Source: a bacterium (lineage in GTDB: Bacteria; Fidelibacterota; Fidelibacteria; Fidelibacterales; Fidelibacteraceae). From it: 64,000 bases of DNA. The stretch spans positions 768,001 to 832,000 of the forward strand of contig OY781066.1 in the NCBI GenBank assembly GCA_963676395.1. The letters run 5' to 3'. The notes beneath the pieces are model-generated. The model worked only from the letters and a program-made list of their open reading frames with translations, did not search any database and had not been told where the DNA came from. A program made the translations under genes and the position numbers. Below, in pieces: positions 10,627-21,798 of the stretch. Positions within the stretch are counted from its first letter, which is position 1, and each line of letters opens with the position of its first letter.

Positions 10627-12252
10627 ATGAAATTGATTAGTTTATTGGGTCTTTTGGTCCTCTTATTCATTGCTTGGCTCATTTCTTATCACAAGGACAA
10701 GGTTAATTTGCGCACGGTTGCATGGGGTTTGTTCCTTCAATTCCTGCTTGCGATCATCATTCTTCAAGAATCCTATGTTTCATGGATTGGTATGGCGATT
10801 TTTGCCATTTTACTGGTCGTATATATTTTCAGAGATATTATAAAAGAAGCATGGCCAAAAGCTTTATTGATCGTTGCTTTGCTGGCAGGTACCGCGGTTT
10901 CCGCGTTCTTATTGTTTCTTGCCATGAAGATCATTCCATTTACATGGTTGCTCCTATTTATTTTACTGTTCATGCTAATAAACAAATATTTCATTAAAAT
11001 AGAAAAAATAAAACCATACCTTTCTGCACTTCTTATCATTGCATTATTTACAGCTCCTGCAGCAAATGGCATATACGGTAAAGAGATCTTCCAGGCTTTT
11101 TCGAATGGTGTGGGAGACTTTTTAAAGCTTTCACTCTACGGTGCGGAATTTCTGTTCGGCAATTTAGCTAAACCCGAATTTTTCTTTACCAATGGTCAAT
11201 TCTGGCCCGGCTTCGGATATCTTTTTGCCTTTGTTGTTTTACCTACCATTATCTTTTTTGGTGCCTTTATGGCAATCCTTTACCATTTTGGTGTTATGCA
11301 AAAAGTTGTTGAAGGTATTGCAAAATTCATGTCGTGGAGCATGGGAACTTCAGGCGCAGAAACGCTGTCTTGCTCGGCCAATATTTTTGTCGGTCAAACC
11401 GAAGCGCCTTTATTGATCAAACCTTTCTTAAACGAGATGACCGAATCCGAACTTCTCACCGTAATGGTAGGTGGCTTTGCCACCATCGCCGGTGGTGTAT
11501 TAGCGGGTTATATTGCTATGGGCGTTGATGCCGGTCATTTGGTTGCGGCATCGGTTATGTCTGCTCCGGCCGCTTTAGTTATGGGAAAGATCATCTATCC
11601 AGAACTTAAAGAATCTAAAACCCTGGGGCTGATAAAAATGCCCGAGATGGAAAAGAAAGAAAATGTTCTGGGCGCTATGTCCGACGGCATAACCGACGGT
11701 CTTAAACTCGCCGTAAATGTCGGCGCAATGCTCATTGGGTTTATTGCCGTCATGGCGGTACTGGACACAGGTTTTTCCTTATTGGATAAACTCATTGATG
11801 GTAAATGGTTGGGCAAAGATTATATGGATTATGCCGTCACATCACCTGTTTCACCCGTAAAAGGGGAATACATGGGTATTTTTCCGGGTTCATTAAAAAC
11901 ATTATTCGGCTTTATTTTCCGTCCCCTTGCATGGCTTATGGGAGTTTCATGGCAGTATGCCGGTGAGGTGGGAAATCTATTGGGAATGAAAATTTCTTTA
12001 AACGAATTCGTCGCCTTTGGTGCCCTGGGTTCATATATTCAAAATGGCGTACTCGACGAACGTGCCACTACAATCGCCACTTACGCAATTTGCGGATTTG
12101 CCAATTTTTCATCCATTGGAATTCAATTGGGTGGTATTGGTGCGGTTGCACCGAAGCGTAAAAACGCGCTAGCTAAGCTGGCCTTTAAAGCCATGATCGG
12201 TGGCGCTTTGGCGAGTTGGACAACAGCAACCATTGCGGGAATTTTATTGTAA
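10627..12252 (+). CDS. CNT/NupC family nucleoside transporter
   Basis: LPTIIFF, NIFVGQTEAPL, GFATIAG, NEFVAF and CGFANFSSIGIQLGG motifs. Confidence 0.92.
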   Translation: MKLISLLGLLVLLFIAWLISYHKDKVNLRTVAWGLFLQFLLAIIILQESYVSWIGMAIFAILLVVYIFRDIIKEAWPKALLIVALLAGTAVSAFLLFLAMKIIPFTWLLLFILLFMLINKYFIKIEKIKPYLSALLIIALFTAPAANGIYGKEIFQAFSNGVGDFLKLSLYGAEFLFGNLAKPEFFFTNGQFWPGFGYLFAFVVLPTIIFFGAFMAILYHFGVMQKVVEGIAKFMSWSMGTSGAETLSCSANIFVGQTEAPLLIKPFLNEMTESELLTVMVGGFATIAGGVLAGYIAMGVDAGHLVAASVMSAPAALVMGKIIYPELKESKTLGLIKMPEMEKKENVLGAMSDGITDGLKLAVNVGAMLIGFIAVMAVLDTGFSLLDKLIDGKWLGKDYMDYAVTSPVSPVKGEYMGIFPGSLKTLFGFIFRPLAWLMGVSWQYAGEVGNLLGMKISLNEFVAFGALGSYIQNGVLDERATTIATYAICGFANFSSIGIQLGGIGAVAPKRKNALAKLAFKAMIGGALASWTTATIAGILL

Positions 12253-12283
12253 AAATACTATAGGGAACGGTTATTAGGTTTTT

Positions 12284-13450
12284 ATGTTAGACCCAATTAT
12301 CGATATCGTACATTATCTCGCGTCTCGCGAATGTAACGGACGGCGGACCGGTACTCCCGGTTCCCAGGCCGCTCGGAAATATATTATTGACAATATGATT
12401 CGTGCGGGCATTCATCCGGGAACCGCCAATGGTTTTATTCATGAATTCGAAGGTTTGCCTGATGGCATTATAGGCTCCAATATTGTCGGCATTGTCCCGG
12501 GAAGAGGTGCCTTACGGGATCGTTTTATTTTAGTGGATGCCCATTATGATCATCTGGGTAAATATGATAAAGGTCTAAAATATTATCCCGGAGCAGAGGA
12601 TAATGCCTCTGCCATTGCCTCAATGTTACATGCCGGTAAGCTTTTTGTCGAAACTGAACAATATAATGAAAATGATAGGCGCTCTCTTATCCTAACCTGC
12701 TTTGACGCCGAAGAGCCACCCTTTTTCAATTCAGAGCATATGGGTGTTGAACATTTTTGCAAAGATTACCCTGAAGTCATTGAACATATTGATCTTGCCA
12801 TTATTCTCGATATGATGGGACATCGTATGGGTAACGGACGTGTCCCCGAAAAATTTCAGGAGATCTTTTTTATTATCGGTGCCGAGAAATCAAGCGTGGG
12901 ACCGCTCCTGGACAATATGAGTCATGCCGTAAAAGATCTTTCACCCATGCGCATGGGAGCTCACGCCATTCCACCTTCCGGTGATTATTTACCGTTGCAT
13001 AAATACGACTTACCCTATTTGTTTATGACCACCGGTCGTTTCCGCGAATATCATACTTGTTTTGATTCGGCTGAAAAACTTGATTATCCAAAACTCGAAC
13101 GATTCAGCAATTATCTGGCTTATCTTATTACTGAGCTCGCGGAAGCACCTGCCGCTAATTTTGTTTATAATCGATTGGGTGAAAACGATCTGGCAACCCT
13201 GTTAACTATGCAAAGTCTTTTCAACCGCATGGAAGACGATGAGCAGATCCCAAAAAATCAAAGCGTTTTTGATCATTTACAAAAGCGTTTTATCGAAGGG
13301 GATGTCGGTCAGCAAACCACCAAACTTGACAATATCAAAGATTTCCTCAAGCAGGCTCTTAAACGCGCAAAACGTCAGGGGAACCTTGATCATAACGAGC
13401 GTAGTAAAATCAAGTATTTAGTGGATGTTGTGCAGAAATATATGTATTAA
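12284..13450 (+). CDS. M28 family peptidase
   Basis: AHYDHLG, GAEDNASA, FDAEE, DMMG and YHT metal-ligand motifs. Confidence 0.85.
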   Translation: MLDPIIDIVHYLASRECNGRRTGTPGSQAARKYIIDNMIRAGIHPGTANGFIHEFEGLPDGIIGSNIVGIVPGRGALRDRFILVDAHYDHLGKYDKGLKYYPGAEDNASAIASMLHAGKLFVETEQYNENDRRSLILTCFDAEEPPFFNSEHMGVEHFCKDYPEVIEHIDLAIILDMMGHRMGNGRVPEKFQEIFFIIGAEKSSVGPLLDNMSHAVKDLSPMRMGAHAIPPSGDYLPLHKYDLPYLFMTTGRFREYHTCFDSAEKLDYPKLERFSNYLAYLITELAEAPAANFVYNRLGENDLATLLTMQSLFNRMEDDEQIPKNQSVFDHLQKRFIEGDVGQQTTKLDNIKDFLKQALKRAKRQGNLDHNERSKIKYLVDVVQKYMY

Positions 13451-13471
13451 TTGTTTTTTACAGGAGATAAT

Positions 13472-15283
13472 ATGCCCGGAATTAGTTTAGTTTATTCTAA
13501 GTCAAACTTCAAAGTGGATGAAAAACCAAATTATTTATTACATGAAGAATTTTACTTTATTGATTCTTTGTTCAAAGATAATAAGCTTCAAATAATTTAT
13601 TCAGGATACGAAGGTTATCCACTTAATTACTGGGAAAATCAGAGTTACTTTGCATGCGTTGAAGGATTAATTTATAATCAAGATGATAAGGTAATAAATA
13701 ATTTTATAGAACTTATAATCAATGAAGAAAACAAATCTAAAAGAGAGGAGCAAATATCTCAATTCGTCCACCATGCCGATGGGGATTATATTTTTTACAT
13801 TTACAATAAAGTCCTAAAAAAACTTACAATCATTGGAGATCTCTGGGGAAGATTGAAAGCATATCATTATCATGATGATGAGAAATTTATATTTTCAAGA
13901 GAAAACAGCTTTATGCTGAACCACATACCTTCAATAAAATTTAATAAGCAAGGTATTGCCGAGTTTATTATTTATGAGTTTAATTTAGATAATAAAACTA
14001 TGGTTGAAGATATTTATAAAACATCTCCTTCTTTTCAATTTGACATATATTCAGAGCATATACTTCATGTTAATAATAAATGTAACCATCAATTTGATTT
14101 TACCACCCCAAAGCCACCTCTATCAAGAAAACAAACATTGCAAGAGTGTAGTGACATCTACAAAAAAACCACAAAAAGTCGAGTAGATAAACTTACTGAA
14201 AAAAAATACAATATGACTGTAGATTTAAGTGGAGGATACGATACTCGGGCAGTTTTTTTTGGAGTACAAGCTTTAAACGATAACATTAAATACTATACAG
14301 AAGATCTGTTGGCAGGTATAGAAAGTAAAACAACGATTCAACTTGCAAAAACATGTCAAAAAGATGTAACCCTTATCCATAATGATTATAGCTTTGATCC
14401 AAATGACATGACTGATATCTCCTATAGAACCGGTGGAAATGTTAACCCACTTATTGCATCGTATTGCTATAATAGTGCCAGAAACAGACGAAATCAATCC
14501 TTGAAAAGGTCTGTAAAATTTGGTGGATTTGGTGGAGAGTATATCCGTCACCCATATATAAAAGCAAGCGGATATCGCTCAATTATTGAAATGCTTAAAG
14601 ATGATATATATGTAAGAGGAGTCGGATTAAAAAATACAGCTAAACTATTAAATATGACAACATCTAAACTTTATAAAAACTTATCTGATCATTACGATAA
14701 TTTCCCTGAGATAAATCTAAAAGATAAAATTAAGCATGTGTATTTCGATTACTATAATAATGTAGTAAACATGGGTGAAGAAAGAGCCAGAATTCACTTT
14801 TGGACTATTCAACCCTTACTTTCAAAAGATTTACTCCACTATTTTCTCAATAAGATTCCTGGAAAATATGTTGGATACAAATATTTTATTGAGTTTTTAA
14901 AACACTTAAATCCTGTAGCTCTTGACACACCAATCTTTAACAGTAGTATAAACTTAAAATCCAAATTAAGCATACAGTATCACGATTTTAAGTATAAGTT
15001 TATAAAAAATATCAAACAAAATTTTATATTGAAAAAAACTATTGGAGTTCTTTACCGAATATTCAATTATAATAGAAATCCAATTAACACCAATACTGAA
15101 ATAAAAGAAAGTGTAAAAAACATATACGACTCATCTAAAACTTTAAAAGTTCTTTTTAATGAAAGAGTTTTTAAAAATACCATTGAGGATGGTGATAATT
15201 ACTACAATATAAAGCCTTTTCTTACCACAATATTTTACATTGCAGAAATAGAAAACAGACATAAAGATAAAATTCAGTATTAA
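13472..15283 (+). CDS. Asparagine synthetase-like protein (Ntn-like plus adenylation domain), no N-terminal Cys
   Basis: Start ATG 13472 (AGGAG RBS) gives MPGI; PP-loop 'LSGGYDTR' and 'GFGGE'; AT-rich. Confidence 0.7.
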   Translation: MPGISLVYSKSNFKVDEKPNYLLHEEFYFIDSLFKDNKLQIIYSGYEGYPLNYWENQSYFACVEGLIYNQDDKVINNFIELIINEENKSKREEQISQFVHHADGDYIFYIYNKVLKKLTIIGDLWGRLKAYHYHDDEKFIFSRENSFMLNHIPSIKFNKQGIAEFIIYEFNLDNKTMVEDIYKTSPSFQFDIYSEHILHVNNKCNHQFDFTTPKPPLSRKQTLQECSDIYKKTTKSRVDKLTEKKYNMTVDLSGGYDTRAVFFGVQALNDNIKYYTEDLLAGIESKTTIQLAKTCQKDVTLIHNDYSFDPNDMTDISYRTGGNVNPLIASYCYNSARNRRNQSLKRSVKFGGFGGEYIRHPYIKASGYRSIIEMLKDDIYVRGVGLKNTAKLLNMTTSKLYKNLSDHYDNFPEINLKDKIKHVYFDYYNNVVNMGEERARIHFWTIQPLLSKDLLHYFLNKIPGKYVGYKYFIEFLKHLNPVALDTPIFNSSINLKSKLSIQYHDFKYKFIKNIKQNFILKKTIGVLYRIFNYNRNPINTNTEIKESVKNIYDSSKTLKVLFNERVFKNTIEDGDNYYNIKPFLTTIFYIAEIENRHKDKIQY

Positions 15284-15474
15284 AATATAATAAATAATTT
15301 AAAAATAAGAAATGATAGTATAAAGGTGGATTTGTACTACTGCCTTTCTTTGTTTTTGCTAAATATCTGGCCTTATTTCTTATAATCCAGCTATATCAAT
15401 AAACTTGTGAATATTAAATGAATTATGGGGAGCGATTCTGATTGTTTTTACCCTTTTCATTATAGTTTGCATAT

Positions 15475-15500
15475 AAAAAAGGGCTCGAAATGTCGAGCCC
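15475..15500 (-). terminator. Rho-independent terminator of ppdK
   Basis: GGGCTCGA-aatg-TCGAGCCC hairpin with A6 on its left (U-tract on the minus strand). Confidence 0.8.
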
Positions 15501-15532
15501 CTACTTTATACTTACTAGTTTCTAGTCTCTAG

Positions 15533-18250
15533 TTACTTTTCTTCGATCGCAGCCTGAGCAGCAGCCAAGCGAGCGATAGGAACGCGGAAAGGTGAACATG
15601 ATACATAGTTCATGCCAACTGAGTGACAGAACTTAACTGATGAAGGTTCACCACCGTGTTCGCCACAGATACCAACTTTAAGGTTAGGACGAACCGAACG
15701 ACCTTTTTCCGTACCCATTTGTACCAACTGACCAACACCTGTCTGATCCAATTTTTGGAAAGGATCATCTTTTAGCAAGCCTTTGTTTAAGTATACGGGC
15801 ATGAAAACACCTGTATCGTCACGTGAATAACCAAAGGTCATCTGTGTCAAATCGTTTGTACCGAATGAGAAAAATTCTGCATGTTCGGCAACTTCATTGG
15901 CAGTTAAAGCGGCGCGAGGGATTTCGATCATTGTACCGACCATGTAATCCACTTTATCGCCTTTTTCTTCGAATACCTTTTCAGCTGTTGCGCGGATGAT
16001 ACCTTCTTGCATGACGAATTCAGCTTTTGTTCCAATGAGGGGAACCATGATCTCGGGCTTAGCATCAATGCCTTTGGCTTTGCAATTTAGTGCGGCTTCG
16101 ATGATCGCGCGAGTTTGCATTTCGGTGATTTCAGGATAGGTGTTACCTAAACGGCAACCACGATGTCCCAGCATGGGGTTGAATTCTTCAAGAGATTCGA
16201 CCTTTGCTTTGACTTCTTCAGCTGAAATACCCATTTCTTTAGCCATTTCTGCTTGATTTTCAGGTTCGTGAGGAACGAATTCATGCAGAGGAGGATCCAG
16301 GAGACGAACCGTAACGGGGAGTCCGTTCATGGCTTCGAAGATACCTTCGAAATCTTCACGTTGGTAAGGCAAGATCTTTGCCAAAGCGCCTGTACGGCCT
16401 TCAAGATCTTTAGAAAGGATCATTTCGCGGATAGCTTTGATCCTGTCACCTTCAAAGAACATATGTTCCGTACGTGTCAGGCCGATACCCTGGGCACCGA
16501 AATTGCGAGCAACTTCTGCGTCTTTAGGTGTATCAGCATTGGTGCGGACCAACATTTTCGTATGTTTGTCACAGAGATCCATCAGTTCACCGAAATCACC
16601 TGAGAGTTCAGGGTCGATGGTCGGGATCTTGTCGGCATAGACTTCACCGGTAGAACCGTTAAGTGAGATCCAGTCACCTTCTTTATAAGATATACCATCA
16701 ATATTCATGGTACGTGCTTTGTAATCAACTTTTACACCACCTGCACCCGATACACAGCATTTACCCATACCGCGAGCTACAACGGCTGCGTGAGAGGTCA
16801 TACCGCCGCGAGCGGTAAGAATACCTTCGGCGGCATCCATACCGGCAAGGTCTTCAGGAGATGTTTCGATACGGACGAGAATAACTTTTTCACCTTTCGT
16901 TGCCCATTCTTCAGCTTCATCAGCAAAGAAAACAACGCGACCGGTTGCAGCACCCGGAGATGCCGGAAGACCTTTGGTCAGGGTTTTTGCTTTCTCCAGT
17001 TCATCAAGATCAAAGACCGGGTGAAGCAATTCGTCCAATTTATTGGGTTCAACGCGAAGGATCGCTGTTTTTTCATCAATTTCACCCGCTTTAAGCTGAT
17101 CTATAGCAATTTTAACCATAGCGGCACCGGTTCTTTTTCCGGTACGGGTCTGTAGCAACCAAAGTCTACCATCTTGGATAGTAAACTCAAGGTCCTGCAT
17201 ATCTGAATAATGATCTTCAAGCTTCTGCTGAATATCATCAAGTTCTTTATAAGCGGCAGGCATAGCTTCTTCGAGTGAAGGATAGTTAGCTGCGCGATCT
17301 TCTTCAGAAACGCCGGCTAGCTTTGCCCAACGTTTTGCACCTTCGAGGGTGATCTGCTGAGGTGTACGAACACCGGCAACCACATCTTCTCCCTGTGCAT
17401 TGATCAAGTATTCACCGTTAAAAATATCTTCACCGGTTGCAGCGTCACGTGTAAATGCAACACCGGTCGCTGAGTTTTCACCCATATTACCATAAACCAT
17501 GGCCTGGACGTTCACCGCAGTACCCCAATCATCATCAAAACCGTTCATACGGCGATATACTTTAGCACGATCATTGTTCCAAGAACCAAAAACAGCGCCA
17601 ATAGCCAACCATAGCTGATCCCAAGGATTTGTAGGGAAATCATGACCGGTAACTTTTTTAACGGCAACTTTAAAATCGGCAACCATTTTCTTGAGGTCAT
17701 CAACACCAAGCTCTGTATCCAATTCAACGCCTTTAGCTTCTTTAGCTTCTTCAATGATCAATTCAAATGGATCGATATCTTCTTTACTCTCAGGTTTCAT
17801 ATCAAGAACAACATCACCAAACATTTGAACGAAGCGACGATATGAATCCCAAGCAAAACGTTCGTTGCCCGATTTGGCTGCCAGGCCGGCAACAACTTCA
17901 TCGTTCATACCAAGATTCAAAACGGTATCCATCATACCCGGCATAGAAACGCGAGCACCGGAACGAACAGAAATTAACAACGGATTAGTTGCATCACCGA
18001 ACGTAGCTCCCATGACTTCTTCCATGTGTTTAATACCAGCTTCAACTTCAGGTTTAATTGTTTCAACTGTTTTATCAACACCATCCTTGTACCATGCAGT
18101 ACAAACTTCGGTTGTAATAGTAAAACCGGCAGGAACGGGAACACCAATGAGGTTCATTTCCGCAAGGTTTGCACCTTTACCGCCCAAGAGATTCTTATCT
18201 GAAGACTTACCGTCAGCCTTGCCAGCTCCGAATAAATAGACATGTTTCAT
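15533..18250 (-). CDS. ppdK: Pyruvate, phosphate dikinase
   Basis: GGKGANL, SVRSGA, GGMTSHAAVVARG (phospho-His) and GICGEHGG motifs. Confidence 0.98.
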   Translation of the reverse strand: MKHVYLFGAGKADGKSSDKNLLGGKGANLAEMNLIGVPVPAGFTITTEVCTAWYKDGVDKTVETIKPEVEAGIKHMEEVMGATFGDATNPLLISVRSGARVSMPGMMDTVLNLGMNDEVVAGLAAKSGNERFAWDSYRRFVQMFGDVVLDMKPESKEDIDPFELIIEEAKEAKGVELDTELGVDDLKKMVADFKVAVKKVTGHDFPTNPWDQLWLAIGAVFGSWNNDRAKVYRRMNGFDDDWGTAVNVQAMVYGNMGENSATGVAFTRDAATGEDIFNGEYLINAQGEDVVAGVRTPQQITLEGAKRWAKLAGVSEEDRAANYPSLEEAMPAAYKELDDIQQKLEDHYSDMQDLEFTIQDGRLWLLQTRTGKRTGAAMVKIAIDQLKAGEIDEKTAILRVEPNKLDELLHPVFDLDELEKAKTLTKGLPASPGAATGRVVFFADEAEEWATKGEKVILVRIETSPEDLAGMDAAEGILTARGGMTSHAAVVARGMGKCCVSGAGGVKVDYKARTMNIDGISYKEGDWISLNGSTGEVYADKIPTIDPELSGDFGELMDLCDKHTKMLVRTNADTPKDAEVARNFGAQGIGLTRTEHMFFEGDRIKAIREMILSKDLEGRTGALAKILPYQREDFEGIFEAMNGLPVTVRLLDPPLHEFVPHEPENQAEMAKEMGISAEEVKAKVESLEEFNPMLGHRGCRLGNTYPEITEMQTRAIIEAALNCKAKGIDAKPEIMVPLIGTKAEFVMQEGIIRATAEKVFEEKGDKVDYMVGTMIEIPRAALTANEVAEHAEFFSFGTNDLTQMTFGYSRDDTGVFMPVYLNKGLLKDDPFQKLDQTGVGQLVQMGTEKGRSVRPNLKVGICGEHGGEPSSVKFCHSVGMNYVSCSPFRVPIARLAAAQAAIEEK

Positions 18251-18477
18251 TTGCTTTTTCCTTTCTTTTTAAGCATCGAAATATAAACGATTGAGTATCG
18301 AAATGCAAGTTTCATCATTGAGAGTTGAGATTGGATAATTAAGAAGTAAATTAAGAATGATGAATCAAGATTTAAGCATGCGGAAACCTGTCATCTTAAA
18401 CGGAATCGGAAGATCTATTATTGCAGGGAACAATTTATATATCTCCTTCTACAAAATCGCTTTATTCAATTTATGAG

Positions 18478-20292
18478 CTACGACCGTTTGAAACGCCTAT
18501 CCAATTCTTCGATGGTCAAATTAATGATAGTGGGTCGGCCATGCGGACAAGCATAGGGTGTTTCGCATTGAAAAAGCTGATCAACCAGGGTTTGCATTTC
18601 AATAGGATCAAGAGAATCACCTGTTTTAATTGCGGCCTTACAAGCATAAGATGCCGCCATATTATAGGTTTTATCCGGTCGGGATTCTTTACGTTCACGA
18701 TAATTATCAAGGATATCCAATACCACGCGACCTTCATCAATATTGCGCAAATCTGCCGGCACGGCTTCGATGATCATTGTGTTATGTCCAAAATCCCTGA
18801 GCGAAAAGCCAAGCTTTTGAAACTCCATAATCACATCGCCCAAAAGCGAAAAATCATCGGGAGATAATTCTAAACTTACCGGGAAAAGCAATTGTTGCGA
18901 GGCATGCGCAGCACTTTCGCTAAAGGTTTTAAGTGCTTTTTCAAACAAAATACGCTCATGCGCAGCATGTTGGTCGATAACAATAACCGCTGTTACGGTT
19001 TGTGCAAAAATATACTTATTATGTGCCTGCCACAGTGAAACGATCTTAGCGTTTGACTGCGTGCTGACATCGGTATTACTCAAATTGGTATTAAACCGCT
19101 CAATCCTATTCGTCAGGGGATGATTTTCCGGTAAAGGTGGCGGCTCGGGAGGACGCATAGCGGGCATGGTATCCAACGGCATACGTTGCTGTTCACTTAC
19201 CATGTCTTTAAAATTCGCTGCTTTGCTACTATAGTCAATTTCACGACTCCCCGGCGTTGCCCCGAATGGAATGCTGGGAATATGACTCATACTGGGTACA
19301 ACACGCATCGTATCGGTAAGCTTGCTGTTCACGGCGTTGCGAATAAAGTGATAGACCTGCCATTCGTTTTGATACTTTATCTCCGTCTTCTGTGGATGCA
19401 CATTCACATCGATCTCCGATGGAGGCAGAGTCAGTTTTAATACAAAAAAAGGATATTCACCTTTCTCCACCATGGGTGAAAAGGCGGCGTATACCGCCGA
19501 ATTCATAAGTCGATCATTGACCAAACGATCATTTACGAATAAATATTGCTCACCGTTTTTTTTACGGACTAGATCTAAGCCACCTACATAGCCATCCAAG
19601 CTCATCTGACCGTCCTGAGCTTGCACTTCGATCAATTTTTGGTCATAATGCGGCGAGAACACGTCCACAATACGCTTCTTTAACCCTTCGGGTTCAAGAA
19701 TAAAGATCTCTGAACCGTTAGAGAATAATTGAAAACGTAATTCCGGATAACCCAAAGCAAAACGACGTACCGTATCAACAATGTAACGATATTCCGTGTT
19801 GGGTGATTTTAAAAATTTTCGACGAGCGGGCGTATTGTAAAACAGTCGTTTAATCGTAAAGTGAGTGCCTTGAGTCATGGAAATAGGTTCCACGGTCTGG
19901 ATCTCACCTCCATTGATCACAATGCGACGACCTTCATTGCTTTCCTTTTGACAGGTTTGCGCTTCGCACATGGACACCGATGCAATAGATGGCAATGCCT
20001 CTCCACGGAATCCCAATGTACGAATGGCTTCAAGATCATCGATCTCACGGATCTTGGATGTTGCATGTTGCTCAAACGCCAGTAAAAGATCATCTTCGCT
20101 CATACCTTCGCCGTTATCTACCACACGAATAACATCCTTACCACCATTCTCAATAGAGACAAGAATATCGGTAGCACCGGCATCTATAGCGTTTTCCATG
20201 AGTTCTTTTACAACGGATGCGGGGCGCTGAACCACCTCTCCGGCGGCTATCTTATTTGCGAGTTGTTCGGGTAGAATATGTATTTTGGACAA
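18478..20292 (-). CDS. mutL: DNA mismatch repair protein MutL
   Basis: IAAGEVVQRPASVVKELMEN, GFRGEAL, DQHAAHER and CPHGRP endonuclease motifs. Confidence 0.98.
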   Translation of the reverse strand: MSKIHILPEQLANKIAAGEVVQRPASVVKELMENAIDAGATDILVSIENGGKDVIRVVDNGEGMSEDDLLLAFEQHATSKIREIDDLEAIRTLGFRGEALPSIASVSMCEAQTCQKESNEGRRIVINGGEIQTVEPISMTQGTHFTIKRLFYNTPARRKFLKSPNTEYRYIVDTVRRFALGYPELRFQLFSNGSEIFILEPEGLKKRIVDVFSPHYDQKLIEVQAQDGQMSLDGYVGGLDLVRKKNGEQYLFVNDRLVNDRLMNSAVYAAFSPMVEKGEYPFFVLKLTLPPSEIDVNVHPQKTEIKYQNEWQVYHFIRNAVNSKLTDTMRVVPSMSHIPSIPFGATPGSREIDYSSKAANFKDMVSEQQRMPLDTMPAMRPPEPPPLPENHPLTNRIERFNTNLSNTDVSTQSNAKIVSLWQAHNKYIFAQTVTAVIVIDQHAAHERILFEKALKTFSESAAHASQQLLFPVSLELSPDDFSLLGDVIMEFQKLGFSLRDFGHNTMIIEAVPADLRNIDEGRVVLDILDNYRERKESRPDKTYNMAASYACKAAIKTGDSLDPIEMQTLVDQLFQCETPYACPHGRPTIINLTIEELDRRFKRS

Positions 20293-20562
20293 TCGGACAC
20301 CTTTTTTCGTTTAGAGGGTAAAATATGGAATCCAAGGATAAATCGGAAGAAAAATTCGTGTGATATGGTATACGAAAGCACAAAATTTGGCATCCGGGCA
20401 TCACAAAAACATTCAACATGTACATAATAATGATAATTGGCGAAAATTTTTACACTTCTGTGCGTGTTTTAGCGAATTATCATTGGTAATAATACATTAT
20501 TTCCTTACATTCTATCCCTTTATATTGGCATATTGCCAATTAATCACAAATACGAGGCAAAA

Positions 20563-21732
20563 ATGAACGAGAAAATGAGCACAAAGATGGAGAGAATGAA
20601 CGATGAACGCAGAGCTGCGGTTCGTCGCGCTCGCCGTGTGGTCATTAAGCTCGGCACCAAAGTCCTTCTTGCCTTACACGATAAAAAAGGTTCACCCGAA
20701 CTCATGCAGTTGATATCGGATATCGCCGCTTATCGTGAAAAAGGTTATGAGATCGCCTTGGTGACATCAGGCGCTGTTGGTTTTGGCATGGAACAGCTGG
20801 AACTGGGAACCCGGCCACCGGGACTGAAAAAAAAGCAAGCGCTTGCATCGGTAGGACAAGCGCTACTTATGCAAAAGTGGAACGATCTTTTCAAGCACTG
20901 GGGCATTCCTACAGGTCAAGTCCTTGTCACTTATGATATTATTGAAAACCGTAAACGTTTTTTATATACGCGCGACTGCCTGCTTTCGCTGTTTCGCTAC
21001 GGTGCAATTCCTATTATTAATGAAAACGATACCGTTTCTGTGGATGAATTAAAATTTGGGGACAACGATGCCTTGTCGGCCTTGATCGCATCTCTCATCG
21101 ATGCCGAATTATTGATCTTGTTCACGGATACCGACGGCCTTTACACCAGAAATCCGCAAAAATACCAAGATGCCGAGCGCATCAGTATTCTTGATAAAAT
21201 TGATGAAAGTAGTTTTGAGCTTATCGACGATTCACAAAACGCCTTGTCTTTGGGCGGCATGACCAGCAAGCTTCAATCGGCACAACTCGCAGTCAGCGGC
21301 GGCACCAGCGTGGTGATCACCAATGGATTTACACCCGGACTGAAACGCGTACTGGAAGGCGAAGATATGGGAACCTTCATTCATGCTGATTCACGTTTCC
21401 AAAGCAAGCGTAAACGCTGGATCTTTTTCAACACCCGGGTAAAGGGTAAAATTTTTGTAGATGACGGAGCGGCAAAGGCACTGATCAAAGGCAATAAAAG
21501 TCTACTACCCGGTGGAGTGACGCATACCGAAGGGAGATTTCTTGAGGGAAATATTGTGGGGATTTACAACAAGCACTCCACGATGATCGCTAAAGGCATC
21601 AGTTATTACCCCAGTACAGACGTTGAAAAGATCAAAGGCAAAAAAACCGGAAATATCAATAAAAAAGATGTAAAACGATATTATGATGAGATTATTCATC
21701 GGGATAATTTGATCATAACTATCAAAGATTAA
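20563..21732 (+). CDS. proB: Glutamate 5-kinase
   Basis: VIKLGT, VTSGAV, NENDTV, FGDNDALSA and a PUA domain; exact start uncertain (several ATGs from 20563). Confidence 0.95.
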   Translation: MNEKMSTKMERMNDERRAAVRRARRVVIKLGTKVLLALHDKKGSPELMQLISDIAAYREKGYEIALVTSGAVGFGMEQLELGTRPPGLKKKQALASVGQALLMQKWNDLFKHWGIPTGQVLVTYDIIENRKRFLYTRDCLLSLFRYGAIPIINENDTVSVDELKFGDNDALSALIASLIDAELLILFTDTDGLYTRNPQKYQDAERISILDKIDESSFELIDDSQNALSLGGMTSKLQSAQLAVSGGTSVVITNGFTPGLKRVLEGEDMGTFIHADSRFQSKRKRWIFFNTRVKGKIFVDDGAAKALIKGNKSLLPGGVTHTEGRFLEGNIVGIYNKHSTMIAKGISYYPSTDVEKIKGKKTGNINKKDVKRYYDEIIHRDNLIITIKD

Positions 21733-21798
21733 TGCTTAACAGTCACGCATTAGCAAAACCATACGAATCAGTTAAAGATAGAGAAATTGGAGTTATAC

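Noticed and set aside
20524..20540. Sigma-54 promoter (TGGCA...TTGC)
   Set aside because: GG-to-GC spacing is 6 nt rather than the required 10.
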